Below are positions 1-10,412 of a DNA stretch of 64,000 nt, piece after piece; the first letter of the stretch is position 1, and every line of letters starts with the position of its first letter. The notes under the pieces were generated by a model. That model did no database searches and was not told the DNA's origin. It worked only from the letters and a program-made list of their open reading frames with translations. The DNA lies in NCBI GenBank assembly GCA_016177575.1, contig JACOVA010000030.1:6054-70053 (forward strand). Direction: 5' to 3'. Source of the stretch: Betaproteobacteria bacterium (lineage in GTDB: Bacteria > Pseudomonadota > Gammaproteobacteria > Burkholderiales > SG8-39). The translations under genes and the position numbers were made by a program.

Positions 1-983
<983 letters not shown>

Positions 984-990
984 ACCCGGC

Positions 991-1422
991 TTGACGACGA
1001 TCGACTTCTATTTCAACGCCCAGGACCGCCTGGGCGTCGCCTGCCGGCTCGCGGGCAAGGCCGTGCAGCAGCAAAAGCGCGTTCTCGTGTACGCGCCGCA
1101 GCCGGAGCTTGCGCAGCGCATCGACCGCATGCTCTGGACGTGGCAGGCGGTGTCCTTCGTTCCGCATTGCTACGCCGACGACCCGCTTGCCGCCGAGACC
1201 CCGGTGCTGATCGCCGCGGGCGAGGCTGCTGCGCCGGAATGCGAAATTCTGCTCAACCTCGCGTTCGATTGTCCGCCGTTTTTCGAGCGCCACGCGCGGC
1301 TGCTCGAAGTGGTGGCGCAGGATGACGAGGAGCGGCGTGCCGGCCGCGCGCGCTACGCCTTCTACCGCGACCGCGGCTACGCGATCCGCAGCCACGACCT
1401 CGCCGCCGGAGGGCGCGCATGA
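991..1422 (+). CDS. holC: DNA polymerase III chi subunit
   Basis: 143 aa with a TTG start. The N-terminus MTTIDFYFN...RVLVYAP and the overall size are chi-like. It sits between pepA and valS, the classical position. Confidence 0.8.
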   Translation: MTTIDFYFNAQDRLGVACRLAGKAVQQQKRVLVYAPQPELAQRIDRMLWTWQAVSFVPHCYADDPLAAETPVLIAAGEAAAPECEILLNLAFDCPPFFERHARLLEVVAQDDEERRAGRARYAFYRDRGYAIRSHDLAAGGRA

Positions 1423-1763
1423 GCGACAAGCCGGGCGAAGGACGCGAAGCGAACCCGCTCATACAGCGCGTCGATGCGCTGATGCGGCGCCAGCAGGAGG
1501 ACTCGCAGCGCGCGGTGCAGGAGGTACCGCTGCTCACCGAGGTCGTAGAGCCCGAGGCCGCAGCCGCGGCGCCCGAAGCGCGGCCGGGCGACGAGGCGCT
1601 GGTCGAGGACATCGAGCGCGTGCTGGTGGTGCGGCTGGTACCGGAGCTCAATCGCCAGATCGCCGGGTTGCGCTCCGAGCTCGAGAAGGAGCTGCGCCGC
1701 GCCGTGCGCGAGGCGGTCGCGCACGCTATCGCGGTGCGCAAGGTCAAGCCAGGCAAGTCCTAG
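1419..1763 (+). CDS. Hypothetical 114-aa protein with an acidic, coiled-coil-like C-terminus
   Basis: The ATG overlaps the holC stop (ATGA). The stop lies 1 nt before the valS ATG. Codon bias is native. I recognised no motif. Confidence 0.5.
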   Translation: MSDKPGEGREANPLIQRVDALMRRQQEDSQRAVQEVPLLTEVVEPEAAAAAPEARPGDEALVEDIERVLVVRLVPELNRQIAGLRSELEKELRRAVREAVAHAIAVRKVKPGKS

Positions 1764-1764
1764 C

Positions 1765-4527
1765 ATGCTCGATAAAAGTTTCGATCCGCGCGCGGTCGAG
1801 AGCCACTGGTACGCGCGTTGGGAATCCGCCGGCTGGTTCGCCGCTCGTCCCGATGCGAGCGGGCCCGCCTACTGCATCCAGCTGCCGCCTCCCAACGTCA
1901 CCGGCACGCTGCACATGGGGCACGCCTTCCAGCAGACCCTGATGGACGCGCTCATCCGCTACCACCGCATGCGCGGCTTCAACACCAACTGGGTCATGGG
2001 CACCGACCACGCGGGCATCGCGACGCAGATCGTGGTCGAGCGCCAGCTGCAGGCGGAAGGCCGCAGCCGCCACGACCTCGGGCGTGAGAAGTTCATCGAG
2101 CGCGTCTGGCAATGGAAGAAGCAGTCGGGCGACACGATCACGCGCCAGATGCGCCGCCTCGGCGCCTCGGGCAACTGGACTTTCGCCGACACCGACGGAC
2201 AGAAGGCCGGCTACTTCACGATGGACGCGCAGATGTCGCGCGCGGTGGTCGAGGTCTTCGTCCGGCTCTACGAGGAGGGACTGGTTTATCGCGGCAAGCG
2301 TCTCGTCAACTGGGATCCGGTGCTCGGCACCGCCGTCTCCGACCTCGAGGTCGACAGCGAGGAGGAGGACGGCAGGATCTGGGAGATCCGCTACCCGGGC
2401 GAGGGCTTCAGCGTCACGGTCGCCACGACGCGCCCGGAAACCATGCTCGGCGATGTCGCCGTCGCGGTCAATCCGAAGGATGAGCGTTTCAGCTCTCTGG
2501 TCGGCAAGCATGTGACGCTTCCTCTTGTGAGCAGAAAGATTCCGGTCATCGCCGACGACTACGTCGACCCGGCGTTTGGCACCGGCTGCGTCAAGATCAC
2601 GCCGGCGCACGATTTCAACGACTACGCGGTGGCGCAGCGTCACAAGCTGCCGATGATCCCGATCCTGACGCTGGATGCGCGGATTGAGGGCACGGCGTAC
2701 GCAGGGCTCGACCGCTTCGAGGCGCGCGACCGGGTCCTTGCAGACCTGAGGAAGCAGGGCCTGCTCGTCTCCGAAAAGCCCTACAAGCTCCGCGTGCCGC
2801 GCTCCGGGCGCACTGGCGTCGTCGTCGAGCCGATGCTGACCGACCAGTGGTTCGTCAAGATGGAGGGCCTCGCGAAAGCAGGCCTCGACGCGGTGGCGAA
2901 AGGCGAGGTGAAATTCTTCCCCGAGCACTGGGTCAGTACCTACAACCACTGGCTCGAGAATATCCAAGACTGGTGCATCTCGCGCCAGCTCTGGTGGGGG
3001 CATCAGATCCCCGCCTGGTACGACGACCAGGGAAATGTTCTCGTCGGCAGGTCCGAAGACGAGATCCGCGGAAAATACAAGATCAGAACTCCCTTGCACA
3101 GGGATCCGGACGTGCTCGACACGTGGTTCTCGTCGCAGCTGGTGCCGTTCTCCTCGCTCGGCTGGCCGGAACAGACGAAGGAGCTGCAGACTTTCCTGCC
3201 CTCCTCGGTGCTGGTCACCGGTTTCGACATCATCTTCTTCTGGGTCGCGCGCATGATCATGGCGAGCTTGCATTTCACCGGCAAGGTGCCGTTCCGCCAC
3301 GTCTACATCAACGCCATTGTGCGCGACGCCGAAGGCGAGAAGATGTCGAAGTCGAAAGGCAACACGCTCGACCCGATCGACCTGATTGACGGGATTGATT
3401 TTGCTTCCCTGCTGGCGAAATCGACGACCGGGCTGCTCAAGGCAGAGCACAAGCAGAAAATCGAAACCTATATCCGCAGTCACTATCCGCAGGGCATCCC
3501 GGCGTTCGGCGCCGACGCGCTGCGCTTCACCTTCGCCTCGCTCGCGGGCTTCGCGCGCACGCTCAATTTCGACCTCGGCCGCTGCGAGGGCTACCGCAAC
3601 TTCTGCAACAAGCTGTGGAACGCGACCCGCTTCGTCCTCATGAACAGCGAGGGCAAGGACTGCGGGCAGGACGAAGGCGCGCCGGTCGAGCTGTCGGCAT
3701 GGGACCGCTGGATCGTCAGCGCGCTGCAGCGCACCGAGGCCGAGGTCGAGGCCGGGTTCGCCGAATACCGCTTCGACAACGTCGCCGGCGCGATCTACCG
3801 CTTCGTCTGGGACGAGTACTGCGACTGGTACCTCGAGATCGCGAAGGACCAGCTCGCAAAAGGCAACGAAGCGCAGCAGCGTGGCACGCGCGGGACGCTG
3901 GTACGCGTTCTCGAAGCCGCCCTGAGGCTCGCACACCCGGTCATGCCGTTCATCACCGAGGAGCTGTGGCAGAGGGTCGCACCGCTCGCCGGCCGCAAGG
4001 GCGAAACGATCATGCTCGCGCCCTACCCCAGGTGCCAGCCGGAGAAAATAGACGAAGCGGCGGAGAAACAGATTGCGATGGAGAAGGAGACGATCAACGC
4101 CCTTCGAAATCTGCGCAGTGAGATGAAAATTTCGCCATCGCTGAAGGTATCGGCGATTAGTGCCGGACCAGTGATGGGGGTCACGCTATCGACAATTATG
4201 TCATTGGCAAAATTGTCTGAACTGAGATACGTGACTGAGGAAGAGCTAAATAGGACGGACGCGCCACTGAAGGTAGTGCGCGATACAAAATATAAGCTAA
4301 GAGTGGAAATTAACGTGGCTGCCGAGCGCCAAAGAATTGCCAAGGAAATTTCGAGGCTCGAAGGCGAAATTGCCAAGGCGCGTACCAAGCTGGAAAATTC
4401 GTCGTTCGTCGACCGCGCCCCTGCCAAGGTGGTGGAGCAGGAGCGCGCGCGGCTGGCCGGGTTCGAGGCGACGCTCGCTAAGCTGCGGCCGCAGCTCGAC
4501 AAGCTGGCGGCGCGCGTCGCGCACTGA
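1765..4527 (+). CDS. valS: Valine--tRNA ligase
   Basis: 920 aa with the class I motifs [14 protein letters not shown] and KMSKSKGN, plus a C-terminal coiled coil ([18 protein letters not shown]). Confidence 0.97.
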   Translation: MLDKSFDPRAVESHWYARWESAGWFAARPDASGPAYCIQLPPPNVTGTLHMGHAFQQTLMDALIRYHRMRGFNTNWVMGTDHAGIATQIVVERQLQAEGRSRHDLGREKFIERVWQWKKQSGDTITRQMRRLGASGNWTFADTDGQKAGYFTMDAQMSRAVVEVFVRLYEEGLVYRGKRLVNWDPVLGTAVSDLEVDSEEEDGRIWEIRYPGEGFSVTVATTRPETMLGDVAVAVNPKDERFSSLVGKHVTLPLVSRKIPVIADDYVDPAFGTGCVKITPAHDFNDYAVAQRHKLPMIPILTLDARIEGTAYAGLDRFEARDRVLADLRKQGLLVSEKPYKLRVPRSGRTGVVVEPMLTDQWFVKMEGLAKAGLDAVAKGEVKFFPEHWVSTYNHWLENIQDWCISRQLWWGHQIPAWYDDQGNVLVGRSEDEIRGKYKIRTPLHRDPDVLDTWFSSQLVPFSSLGWPEQTKELQTFLPSSVLVTGFDIIFFWVARMIMASLHFTGKVPFRHVYINAIVRDAEGEKMSKSKGNTLDPIDLIDGIDFASLLAKSTTGLLKAEHKQKIETYIRSHYPQGIPAFGADALRFTFASLAGFARTLNFDLGRCEGYRNFCNKLWNATRFVLMNSEGKDCGQDEGAPVELSAWDRWIVSALQRTEAEVEAGFAEYRFDNVAGAIYRFVWDEYCDWYLEIAKDQLAKGNEAQQRGTRGTLVRVLEAALRLAHPVMPFITEELWQRVAPLAGRKGETIMLAPYPRCQPEKIDEAAEKQIAMEKETINALRNLRSEMKISPSLKVSAISAGPVMGVTLSTIMSLAKLSELRYVTEEELNRTDAPLKVVRDTKYKLRVEINVAAERQRIAKEISRLEGEIAKARTKLENSSFVDRAPAKVVEQERARLAGFEATLAKLRPQLDKLAARVAH

Positions 4528-4540
4528 GCGCAGCGGCGGG

Positions 4541-5230
4541 TCAGTAGTAGCGCCCGGGCTGGTAGCCGGGCTGCGCGAGGAACGGCGGCTTGCGGCCGAC
4601 CAGCGCCTCCAGCAGGGTCAGCTCGGCGTCGGTGTGATTGACCACGGGCGCCTTCATCAGCATCTGCGGCGCGCCCTTGGCCATGATGTAGCGCGGCTCG
4701 TCGTGGTGGCGCGTGGTGACGACTTCGCGCGCGCCGGGATCGGCCGCGGCCGCCAGCTCCGCCGTGCCGTAGCAGGTGCAGACGTAGGTCCTGTGTTTCT
4801 CCGCCTCGACATAAATGCCGGTGCCGCGGATGCCGATGGTGGCGGTCGGGGTCTGCAGTCGCTTGCCCGCGCCGGGCGCGAACACCGAGAGGATCGCGCC
4901 GGTCAGCACCCGCAAGCCGGCGGCGACCAGCGCGCCCTTTTCGCCCTGCACTTCGATGCGCGAGTTGCGACGCAGCAGCATGGCGTCGCGACCGACCACG
5001 AATACCAGCTCGCCCTTGGCATCGGTCGTGACCGTGTCGCCCGCTCGCACCGGCATGCCCGGTTTCACGTCCCTGCCGTTGACCAGCGGCCGGCCCTTTA
5101 CGCCGTGCACGCCCTTGGCAATCGCGTCCTGGGCGAGCGCTGCGCGCAGGACGGCGAACTGCGCGCCCAGCTGCGCGGCGAGCGCGGCGGCGGTCGCGCC
5201 ACGCAGCCAGGCCCTGCGCTCACTTCGCAT
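4541..5230 (-). CDS. FecR-domain protein with a twin-arginine-like signal peptide
   Basis: I chose the internal ATG at 5230 (MRSERRAWLRGATAAALAAQLG), which reads as Tat-like RRxWL followed by a hydrophobic stretch. The FecR-like core is VRAGDTVTTDAKGELVFVVGRDAMLLRRNSRIEV. The longer ORF start at 5377 is Arg-rich and non-native looking. Confidence 0.55.
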   Translation of the reverse strand: MRSERRAWLRGATAAALAAQLGAQFAVLRAALAQDAIAKGVHGVKGRPLVNGRDVKPGMPVRAGDTVTTDAKGELVFVVGRDAMLLRRNSRIEVQGEKGALVAAGLRVLTGAILSVFAPGAGKRLQTPTATIGIRGTGIYVEAEKHRTYVCTCYGTAELAAAADPGAREVVTTRHHDEPRYIMAKGAPQMLMKAPVVNHTDAELTLLEALVGRKPPFLAQPGYQPGRYY

Positions 5231-5714
5231 CGAGCGCCTCCAGCGCCAGCGCGTCCTCGATCGCGGAGCGCTCCGCGGCCGACGGCCATGAATGATCGAA
5301 TTGCCAGGCGTGCTGCGATTCGATGCGGCAGCGCAGAGCGTCCAGCATCGCATCCTGAGGCAGCGCGACCATGGCAACGACGATCACGCAGGCGCCGATC
5401 ACGCCCGCCTCGCTGCGCGCGACGCTGCGGCCGCCCAGGCAGACGCCATCCCCGTCCAGGTAGGCGCGCATGCCGAACTGGCGATAGGTCGCGATCAAGG
5501 GCGCGAGCGCCCACGAGCTCCAGCGCCTTGCGCGCCCCGGCGCGAATTTCAGAGGTGCGATCAGCGCAATCACGAGGTCCTCGCCGGCCGGGCGCGCCCA
5601 GAGCACGGCGGGCGCCGAACGTGCCGATTGCGCCCGGGCGAACCCCGTGCATGCGGCGCGCCACGTCACAGCACGGTCCGATTCCAGACGTATCCAGCGC
5701 GCCGCGATCACCAT
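5220..5714 (-). CDS. Hypothetical 164-aa protein
   Basis: Its stop region overlaps the downstream FecR-like start by 11 nt. The weak motif LGGRSVARSEAGVIG is reminiscent of the biotin/lipoate ligase GRK(I/V)(A/S)G motif but lacks the Lys. No firm assignment. Confidence 0.4.
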   Translation of the reverse strand: MVIAARWIRLESDRAVTWRAACTGFARAQSARSAPAVLWARPAGEDLVIALIAPLKFAPGRARRWSSWALAPLIATYRQFGMRAYLDGDGVCLGGRSVARSEAGVIGACVIVVAMVALPQDAMLDALRCRIESQHAWQFDHSWPSAAERSAIEDALALEALDAK

Positions 5715-5749
5715 GGCGAAAGCCTAGCAGAACAGCGCTGGCGTGGCGG

Positions 5750-7273
5750 CTATTTCTTCTTCTTGTTCTTCTTGCCCGCCTTGCCGGCGCGCTCGAGCGC
5801 GCCCTCGAGCGCGCGGCACAGGGTCTTGATCACCTTGATGCGCGCATGGTACTTGTTGTTCGCCTCCACCAGCGTCCACGGCGCGAGCGAGGTCGAGGTG
5901 CGGTCGACCATGTCACACACCGCCGTTTCATAAGCGTCCCACTTCTTGCGGTTGCGCCAGTCCTCGTCGGTGATCTTGAAGCGCTTGAAGGCGATCTTCT
6001 CGCGCTGCTTGAAGCGGCGGAACTGCTCGTCCTTGCTGATGGTGAGCCAGAATTTGACCATCACCACGCCGTGGCGCAGCAGCGCGCCTTCGAAATCGTT
6101 GATTTCGGTGTAGGCGCGCATCCAGTCCGCCTCGGAGCAGAAGCCCTCGACCCGCTCGACCAGCACGCGCCCGTACCACGAGCGGTCGAAAAACGTGAAC
6201 TTGCCGTGCCGCGGAAGGTGGCGCCAGAAGCGCCACAGGTAAGGCTGCGCGCGTTCCTCCTCGGTCGGCGCCGCGATCGAGACGTTGCGGTAGCTGCGCG
6301 AGTCGAGCGCGCCGGTGACGCGGCGCAGCGCGCCGCCCTTGCCGGCCGCGTCGTTGCCCTCGAACACCGCGACTACCGACATCGATCTGAAGCGCGCATC
6401 GCGCGAGGCGACGTTGAGGCGGCCCTGCCACTTCTCGAGCTCCTTCGCATACTCGGCCTTGGTCATCGGCTGGTCGAGCTCGAGCGCGCGCAGCACGTTC
6501 AGCCGGTCGGCCGGCGGCGGCGCAAGCGGCGGCGTCTTGTCGGGCTGGCGCTTGACCGGCTTTTCGGCGAGCCGCTCGCGCATGGCCGCGAGCAGGTGCC
6601 GGCCGACCGTGAGCGCACGATAGCGGGCATTCGCGCCGGGCACCACGATCCAGGGGGATTCCCCGGTCGAGGTCTTGCGCAGGAACGGGTCGCAGACTTT
6701 GACGAATTTCTTGTAGAGCTTGAAGTATTGCCAGTCGCGCTCGGTGACGCGCCAGCGGGTCTTGGGGTCGGAGGCAAGCTCCTTGAGGCGCTTGCGCTGC
6801 TGGCCTTTCGACAGGTGGAACCAGTACTTGAGCAGCAGCACGCCCTCGTCGCACAGCATTTTCTCGAGGCGCTGGATCTCGGCGATCTCGCGCGCGAATT
6901 CCCCCTCGTTGATCTCGCCCATGACGCGCTGGATGATCGGCATCGTGTGCCAGGCGCCGAAGAAGATGCCGATCTTGCCCTTGGGCGGCAGCGCCCGCCA
7001 GAAGCGCCACTGCGCCGGGCGCTCGCGCTCCTCGTCGGAGGGCTCGAAGAACCCGCTGGTGATGACGTGGCGCGGGTCCATCCATTCGTTGAGCAGGTTC
7101 ACCGTCTCGCTCTTACCGGCACCCTCGACGCCAGCGATCAGCATCAGCACCGGAAAGCGGCCGTTCTGCATCAGGTCGTACTGCGCGTTGAGCAGCTCCT
7201 GGCGCAGCTTCGCCGCCTCGCGCCGGTAGACCGCCTTGTCAACGTAGTGCTTCAGGCTCGCGGATTCGAACAT
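5750..7273 (-). CDS. Two-domain polyphosphate kinase 2 family protein (polyphosphate:AMP phosphotransferase-like)
   Basis: Two PPK2 P-loop-like motifs are present: IAGVEGAGKSETVN and FEGNDAAGKGGALR. I chose the start at ATG 7273 (MFESASLKHY). Confidence 0.85.
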   Translation of the reverse strand: MFESASLKHYVDKAVYRREAAKLRQELLNAQYDLMQNGRFPVLMLIAGVEGAGKSETVNLLNEWMDPRHVITSGFFEPSDEERERPAQWRFWRALPPKGKIGIFFGAWHTMPIIQRVMGEINEGEFAREIAEIQRLEKMLCDEGVLLLKYWFHLSKGQQRKRLKELASDPKTRWRVTERDWQYFKLYKKFVKVCDPFLRKTSTGESPWIVVPGANARYRALTVGRHLLAAMRERLAEKPVKRQPDKTPPLAPPPADRLNVLRALELDQPMTKAEYAKELEKWQGRLNVASRDARFRSMSVVAVFEGNDAAGKGGALRRVTGALDSRSYRNVSIAAPTEEERAQPYLWRFWRHLPRHGKFTFFDRSWYGRVLVERVEGFCSEADWMRAYTEINDFEGALLRHGVVMVKFWLTISKDEQFRRFKQREKIAFKRFKITDEDWRNRKKWDAYETAVCDMVDRTSTSLAPWTLVEANNKYHARIKVIKTLCRALEGALERAGKAGKKNKKKK

Positions 7274-7386
7274 GGCTTGAGGATGCTGCTGCAGAAGGGG
7301 GCGGGGCGATCTGATCTGGATCAAGTCCCGCCATTCGGCGGTGGGGGCCAATCTACCATGCTCGGGGCTGGGCTATCATCGCCGCC

Positions 7387-8346
7387 ATGAGCAAGCCGCA
7401 GCCGACCGAGCGCGATCGCTGGCTCGCGCTGATCGCCAACCTGCCGATCGAGGATCCGGCCGCGCGCATGCGCATGCTGCGCACGCTCGAATCGCTCGGC
7501 GCCGCGGTCATGCGCGAAGGCGCCTACCTGCTCCCCGGTACGCCGACCTGCCGGCAGGGGCTCGAGCATCTGGCCGAATACATCGTCAAGGGCGGCGGCA
7601 CCGCCCAGGTGCTGGAGGTCGTGCCGATGTCCGAGGCGCAGCAGCGCGCGTTTCGCGGCCTGTTCGACCGCTCGGCGCGCTACACCGAGCTGATCAAGGT
7701 GGTCGATAGCCTCAAGGTCGGCTTCGGCATCGCCGATCCGAGCGCGATCTCGCGCGTGCTGCACAAGCAGCGCCGCGAATTCGAGGCCATCGACGCGCTC
7801 GATTTCTTCCCCAGCGGGGTGCAGGAGCGCGCCAAGAGCGCGCTTGCCGAGGCGGAGGCGGAGGTGCACAAGCTGCTTTTCCCGATCCAGACGCGCTCCG
7901 GCCTCAGCGCGGACGAGCCGCTACAGTGCCGGACCTGGGCTACGCGCAGGCCCGCCTGGGCCGACCGCCTCGCCTGCGCCTGGCTGATCCGGCGCTTCGT
8001 CGACCCGGAGGGCAGCGTGACCTGGCTCGACAAGGTGCAGGAATGCCCGGCGGGCGCGCTCGGCTTCGCGTTCGAGGGCGCGCGCTTCGGCAACAGCGCG
8101 ACACGCGTCACTTTCGAGGAGATGCTGCAGCAGTTCGGGCTGGCGGAAAGCGCAGCGCTCGCCAAGATCGGCGGCATCGTCCATTTTCTCGAGGTGCGGG
8201 ACACGCAGGTGCCCGAAGCCGCGGGCGTGCAGACTCTGCTGCAGGGCGCTGCGCGACGCTCGACCAGCGACCAGGAGCTGCTCGGCGAGGCGGAAAAGAC
8301 CTTCGACCTGCTCTACGAGGCCTACTACGAGGCGCCGAAGCGATAA
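7387..8346 (+). CDS. ChrB-like (chromate resistance regulator family) protein
   Basis: The N-terminus RWLALIANLPIEDPAARMRMLRTLESLGAAVMREGAYLLP and the C-terminal ADRLACAWLIRRFVDPEG motif are typical of ChrB N- and C-domains. No chrA lies nearby. Confidence 0.7.
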   Translation: MSKPQPTERDRWLALIANLPIEDPAARMRMLRTLESLGAAVMREGAYLLPGTPTCRQGLEHLAEYIVKGGGTAQVLEVVPMSEAQQRAFRGLFDRSARYTELIKVVDSLKVGFGIADPSAISRVLHKQRREFEAIDALDFFPSGVQERAKSALAEAEAEVHKLLFPIQTRSGLSADEPLQCRTWATRRPAWADRLACAWLIRRFVDPEGSVTWLDKVQECPAGALGFAFEGARFGNSATRVTFEEMLQQFGLAESAALAKIGGIVHFLEVRDTQVPEAAGVQTLLQGAARRSTSDQELLGEAEKTFDLLYEAYYEAPKR

Positions 8347-9795
8347 TCAGCGCTTGCGCGCGTCCTGCAACTCGAGCGCGTGCTCGGCACGCAACTCCTT
8401 GAGGCGTGCCTCCACCACCGAGAGCTCATAGAAATTGCCTTCACCCGAGCCCTGCGCGAGCTGCAGCTGCTCGATCGCGGCCGGCAGGCTTCCCTGCAGG
8501 ACGTAGACCTCCGCCTGCGCCTGGTGCTGCAGCAGGCGCTTGCCCTGGCCCGCGTAGGCCTTGGCGCGCGCCTCGTGCAGGCGCGCATCCCTCGGGTAGA
8601 GCCGCAGCGGCTCGGCGAGCGTCGCGAGCACCTCGTCGTCGCGTCCCATCTCGTGCAGCGATTCGAGGGTCGCGTACAGGACCGGCCTGCGGTGCGGATA
8701 GCGCGTCCTCGCCGCCTTGAGCAGCGCGAGCGCACCCGCCCGGTCGCCGAGGGCGATGCGGATGCGCGCGGCGAGCGTTTCGATCATGGAGTTCGCGACG
8801 CCGGCCGCGCGCAGGCGCGCGAGCTCGGCTTCGGCCCGCTTCGGCTCGTTGACGCGCAGCAGCGCGGTCGCGAAGCCGTAGCGCGCGCCGGGCTCGTTGG
8901 CGAAGCGCCGGTCGCTCACCGCGGCACTGAAGATCTTCACCGCTTCGCGCGCATCCGCCGCTTCGGCGCGCACCTTGGCGCGCACCAGGTGAAACTCCAG
9001 GCTGTCGGCGCGCTGCCGGTAGGGCAGCGCTGCGGCGCGGCTCTCGGCATCGGTGATGCGCTCGGTGGTCAAGGGGTGGGTGCGCAGGTAGCCGGGAAAG
9101 GTGCCGTCATCCATGACGCGCGCGTGGCGCTGCATCTTCTCGAAGAACGTGCCCATGGCGCGCACGTCGAACCCCGACCCGGCGAGGGTCTGGAAGCCGA
9201 TGCGGTCGGCCTCGCGCTCGAAGTCCCGGCTGTAGCTGAGCTGCGACTGGACGGCGCCTCCCTGCGCGGCGATCGCCGCGCCGCCGGCAAGATCCGGCCG
9301 CGAGCGGCCGAGCAGGATCGCCGCCGCCATCGCCACCATCATCGGCAGCTGCATCTGCTTCTGCATGCCCATCTGGCGCGCGATGTGGCGCTGCGTGACG
9401 TGGCCCATTTCGTGGCCGAGCACCGAGGCGAGCTCGGATTCGTTGTCGGTGGCGCTGATCAGCCCGGTGTGCACGCCGATGAATCCACCGGGCAGCGCGA
9501 ACGCGTTGATCGACGCATCGCGCAAGGCGAAGAACTCGAAATCCTGCCGCAGTCCGGGCACCGCCGCCGCGAGCTTGGCGCCGAGTTGATTCAGGTAATC
9601 GGCGATCTCCGGGTCGTCGAGATAGGTCGGCTCGCGCAGCCGGATGTCGCGCACCACCGCCTCGCCGATGCGGCGCTCGGTCTGCAGCGGCAGATCCGAA
9701 GCGGTCGCGTCGCCGAGGTCGGGCAGCTGCGACTGCGCCAGCGCCTGCGGCAGAAATGCAAGCAGGCACGCAAGCAGGCACGCAACGAAACGCAT
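8347..9795 (-). CDS. bepA: Periplasmic M48 metalloprotease with C-terminal TPR repeats (BepA/YfgC-like)
   Basis: Signal peptide [21 protein letters not shown] (start chosen at 9795). Zinc motif [10 protein letters not shown], plus [10 protein letters not shown]. The C-terminal half is TPR-like. Confidence 0.8.
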   Translation of the reverse strand: MRFVACLLACLLAFLPQALAQSQLPDLGDATASDLPLQTERRIGEAVVRDIRLREPTYLDDPEIADYLNQLGAKLAAAVPGLRQDFEFFALRDASINAFALPGGFIGVHTGLISATDNESELASVLGHEMGHVTQRHIARQMGMQKQMQLPMMVAMAAAILLGRSRPDLAGGAAIAAQGGAVQSQLSYSRDFEREADRIGFQTLAGSGFDVRAMGTFFEKMQRHARVMDDGTFPGYLRTHPLTTERITDAESRAAALPYRQRADSLEFHLVRAKVRAEAADAREAVKIFSAAVSDRRFANEPGARYGFATALLRVNEPKRAEAELARLRAAGVANSMIETLAARIRIALGDRAGALALLKAARTRYPHRRPVLYATLESLHEMGRDDEVLATLAEPLRLYPRDARLHEARAKAYAGQGKRLLQHQAQAEVYVLQGSLPAAIEQLQLAQGSGEGNFYELSVVEARLKELRAEHALELQDARKR

Positions 9796-9842
9796 GCAGT
9801 TATGATACCGTCCCGACCCGCGAGTTCCCGCCGGAGGACGCC

Positions 9843-10349
9843 TTGGCACGCAAGCTTTCGCCGCAATTGACCCATTTCGACCGCAAAGGCCGCGCGCACA
9901 TGGTGGATGTGGGCGCGAAAGGCGAGACCCTGCGCGTCGCAGTCGCCTCGGGGCGCATCGCCATGCGCCCTGCGACCTTCCGCATGGTGGTCGAGGGCAG
10001 CGCGGCGAAGGGTGACGTGCTCGGCGTCGCGCGCATCGCCGCCATCCAGGCCGCGAAGCACGCTTCCGCGCTGATACCGCTCGCGCACCCGATCGCGATC
10101 ACGCGCGCCACGGCCGAGTTCAGGCTCGACGCAGCGCGCAGCGAGATCGCGCTCGTCGCAAGCGTCGAGTGCCGCGGCCGGACCGGCGTCGAGATGGAGG
10201 CGCTCGCCGCGGCCGCGGTCGGCCTGCTCACCATCTACGACATGGTGAAAGCCGTCGACCGGGGCATGACGATCCGCGACCTGCGGCTCGAGGAAAAGCG
10301 CGGCGGCAGATCGGGACATTACCGGCGCGCGGCTGCGGCCGCCAGGTAA
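9843..10349 (+). CDS. moaC: Cyclic pyranopterin monophosphate synthase
   Basis: [23 protein letters not shown] and the downstream region match the MoaC pattern. I chose the in-frame TTG at 9843 to avoid overlap with bepA; the exact start is uncertain. Confidence 0.85.
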   Translation: MARKLSPQLTHFDRKGRAHMVDVGAKGETLRVAVASGRIAMRPATFRMVVEGSAAKGDVLGVARIAAIQAAKHASALIPLAHPIAITRATAEFRLDAARSEIALVASVECRGRTGVEMEALAAAAVGLLTIYDMVKAVDRGMTIRDLRLEEKRGGRSGHYRRAAAAAR

Positions 10350-10412
10350 CGTTTTGTTACCAACCCGGTCCGGCCGCCGGATGCCGGACTGCTATGATCG
10401 TCCAGCCGTTAC

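Noticed and set aside
1744-3936. 730-aa ORF antisense to valS
   Set aside because: It lies opposite an unmistakable ValS reading frame. The translation is Arg/Ala/Gly/Asp-rich with no motif, which is typical of stop-codon-poor antisense frames in high-GC DNA.
4337-7390. 1017-aa plus-strand ORF spanning the valS 3' end, the FecR-like unit and PPK2
   Set aside because: It crosses three independently supported genes on both strands. The translation is low-complexity (runs of R, A, G, P). It is a GC artefact.
9756-9842. The longer moaC start at ATG 9756
   Set aside because: It would overlap the bepA signal-peptide codons on the other strand. It would also add about 30 non-conserved residues ahead of the conserved LTHFD N-terminus. 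I preferred the in-frame TTG at 9843, though the exact start remains uncertain.
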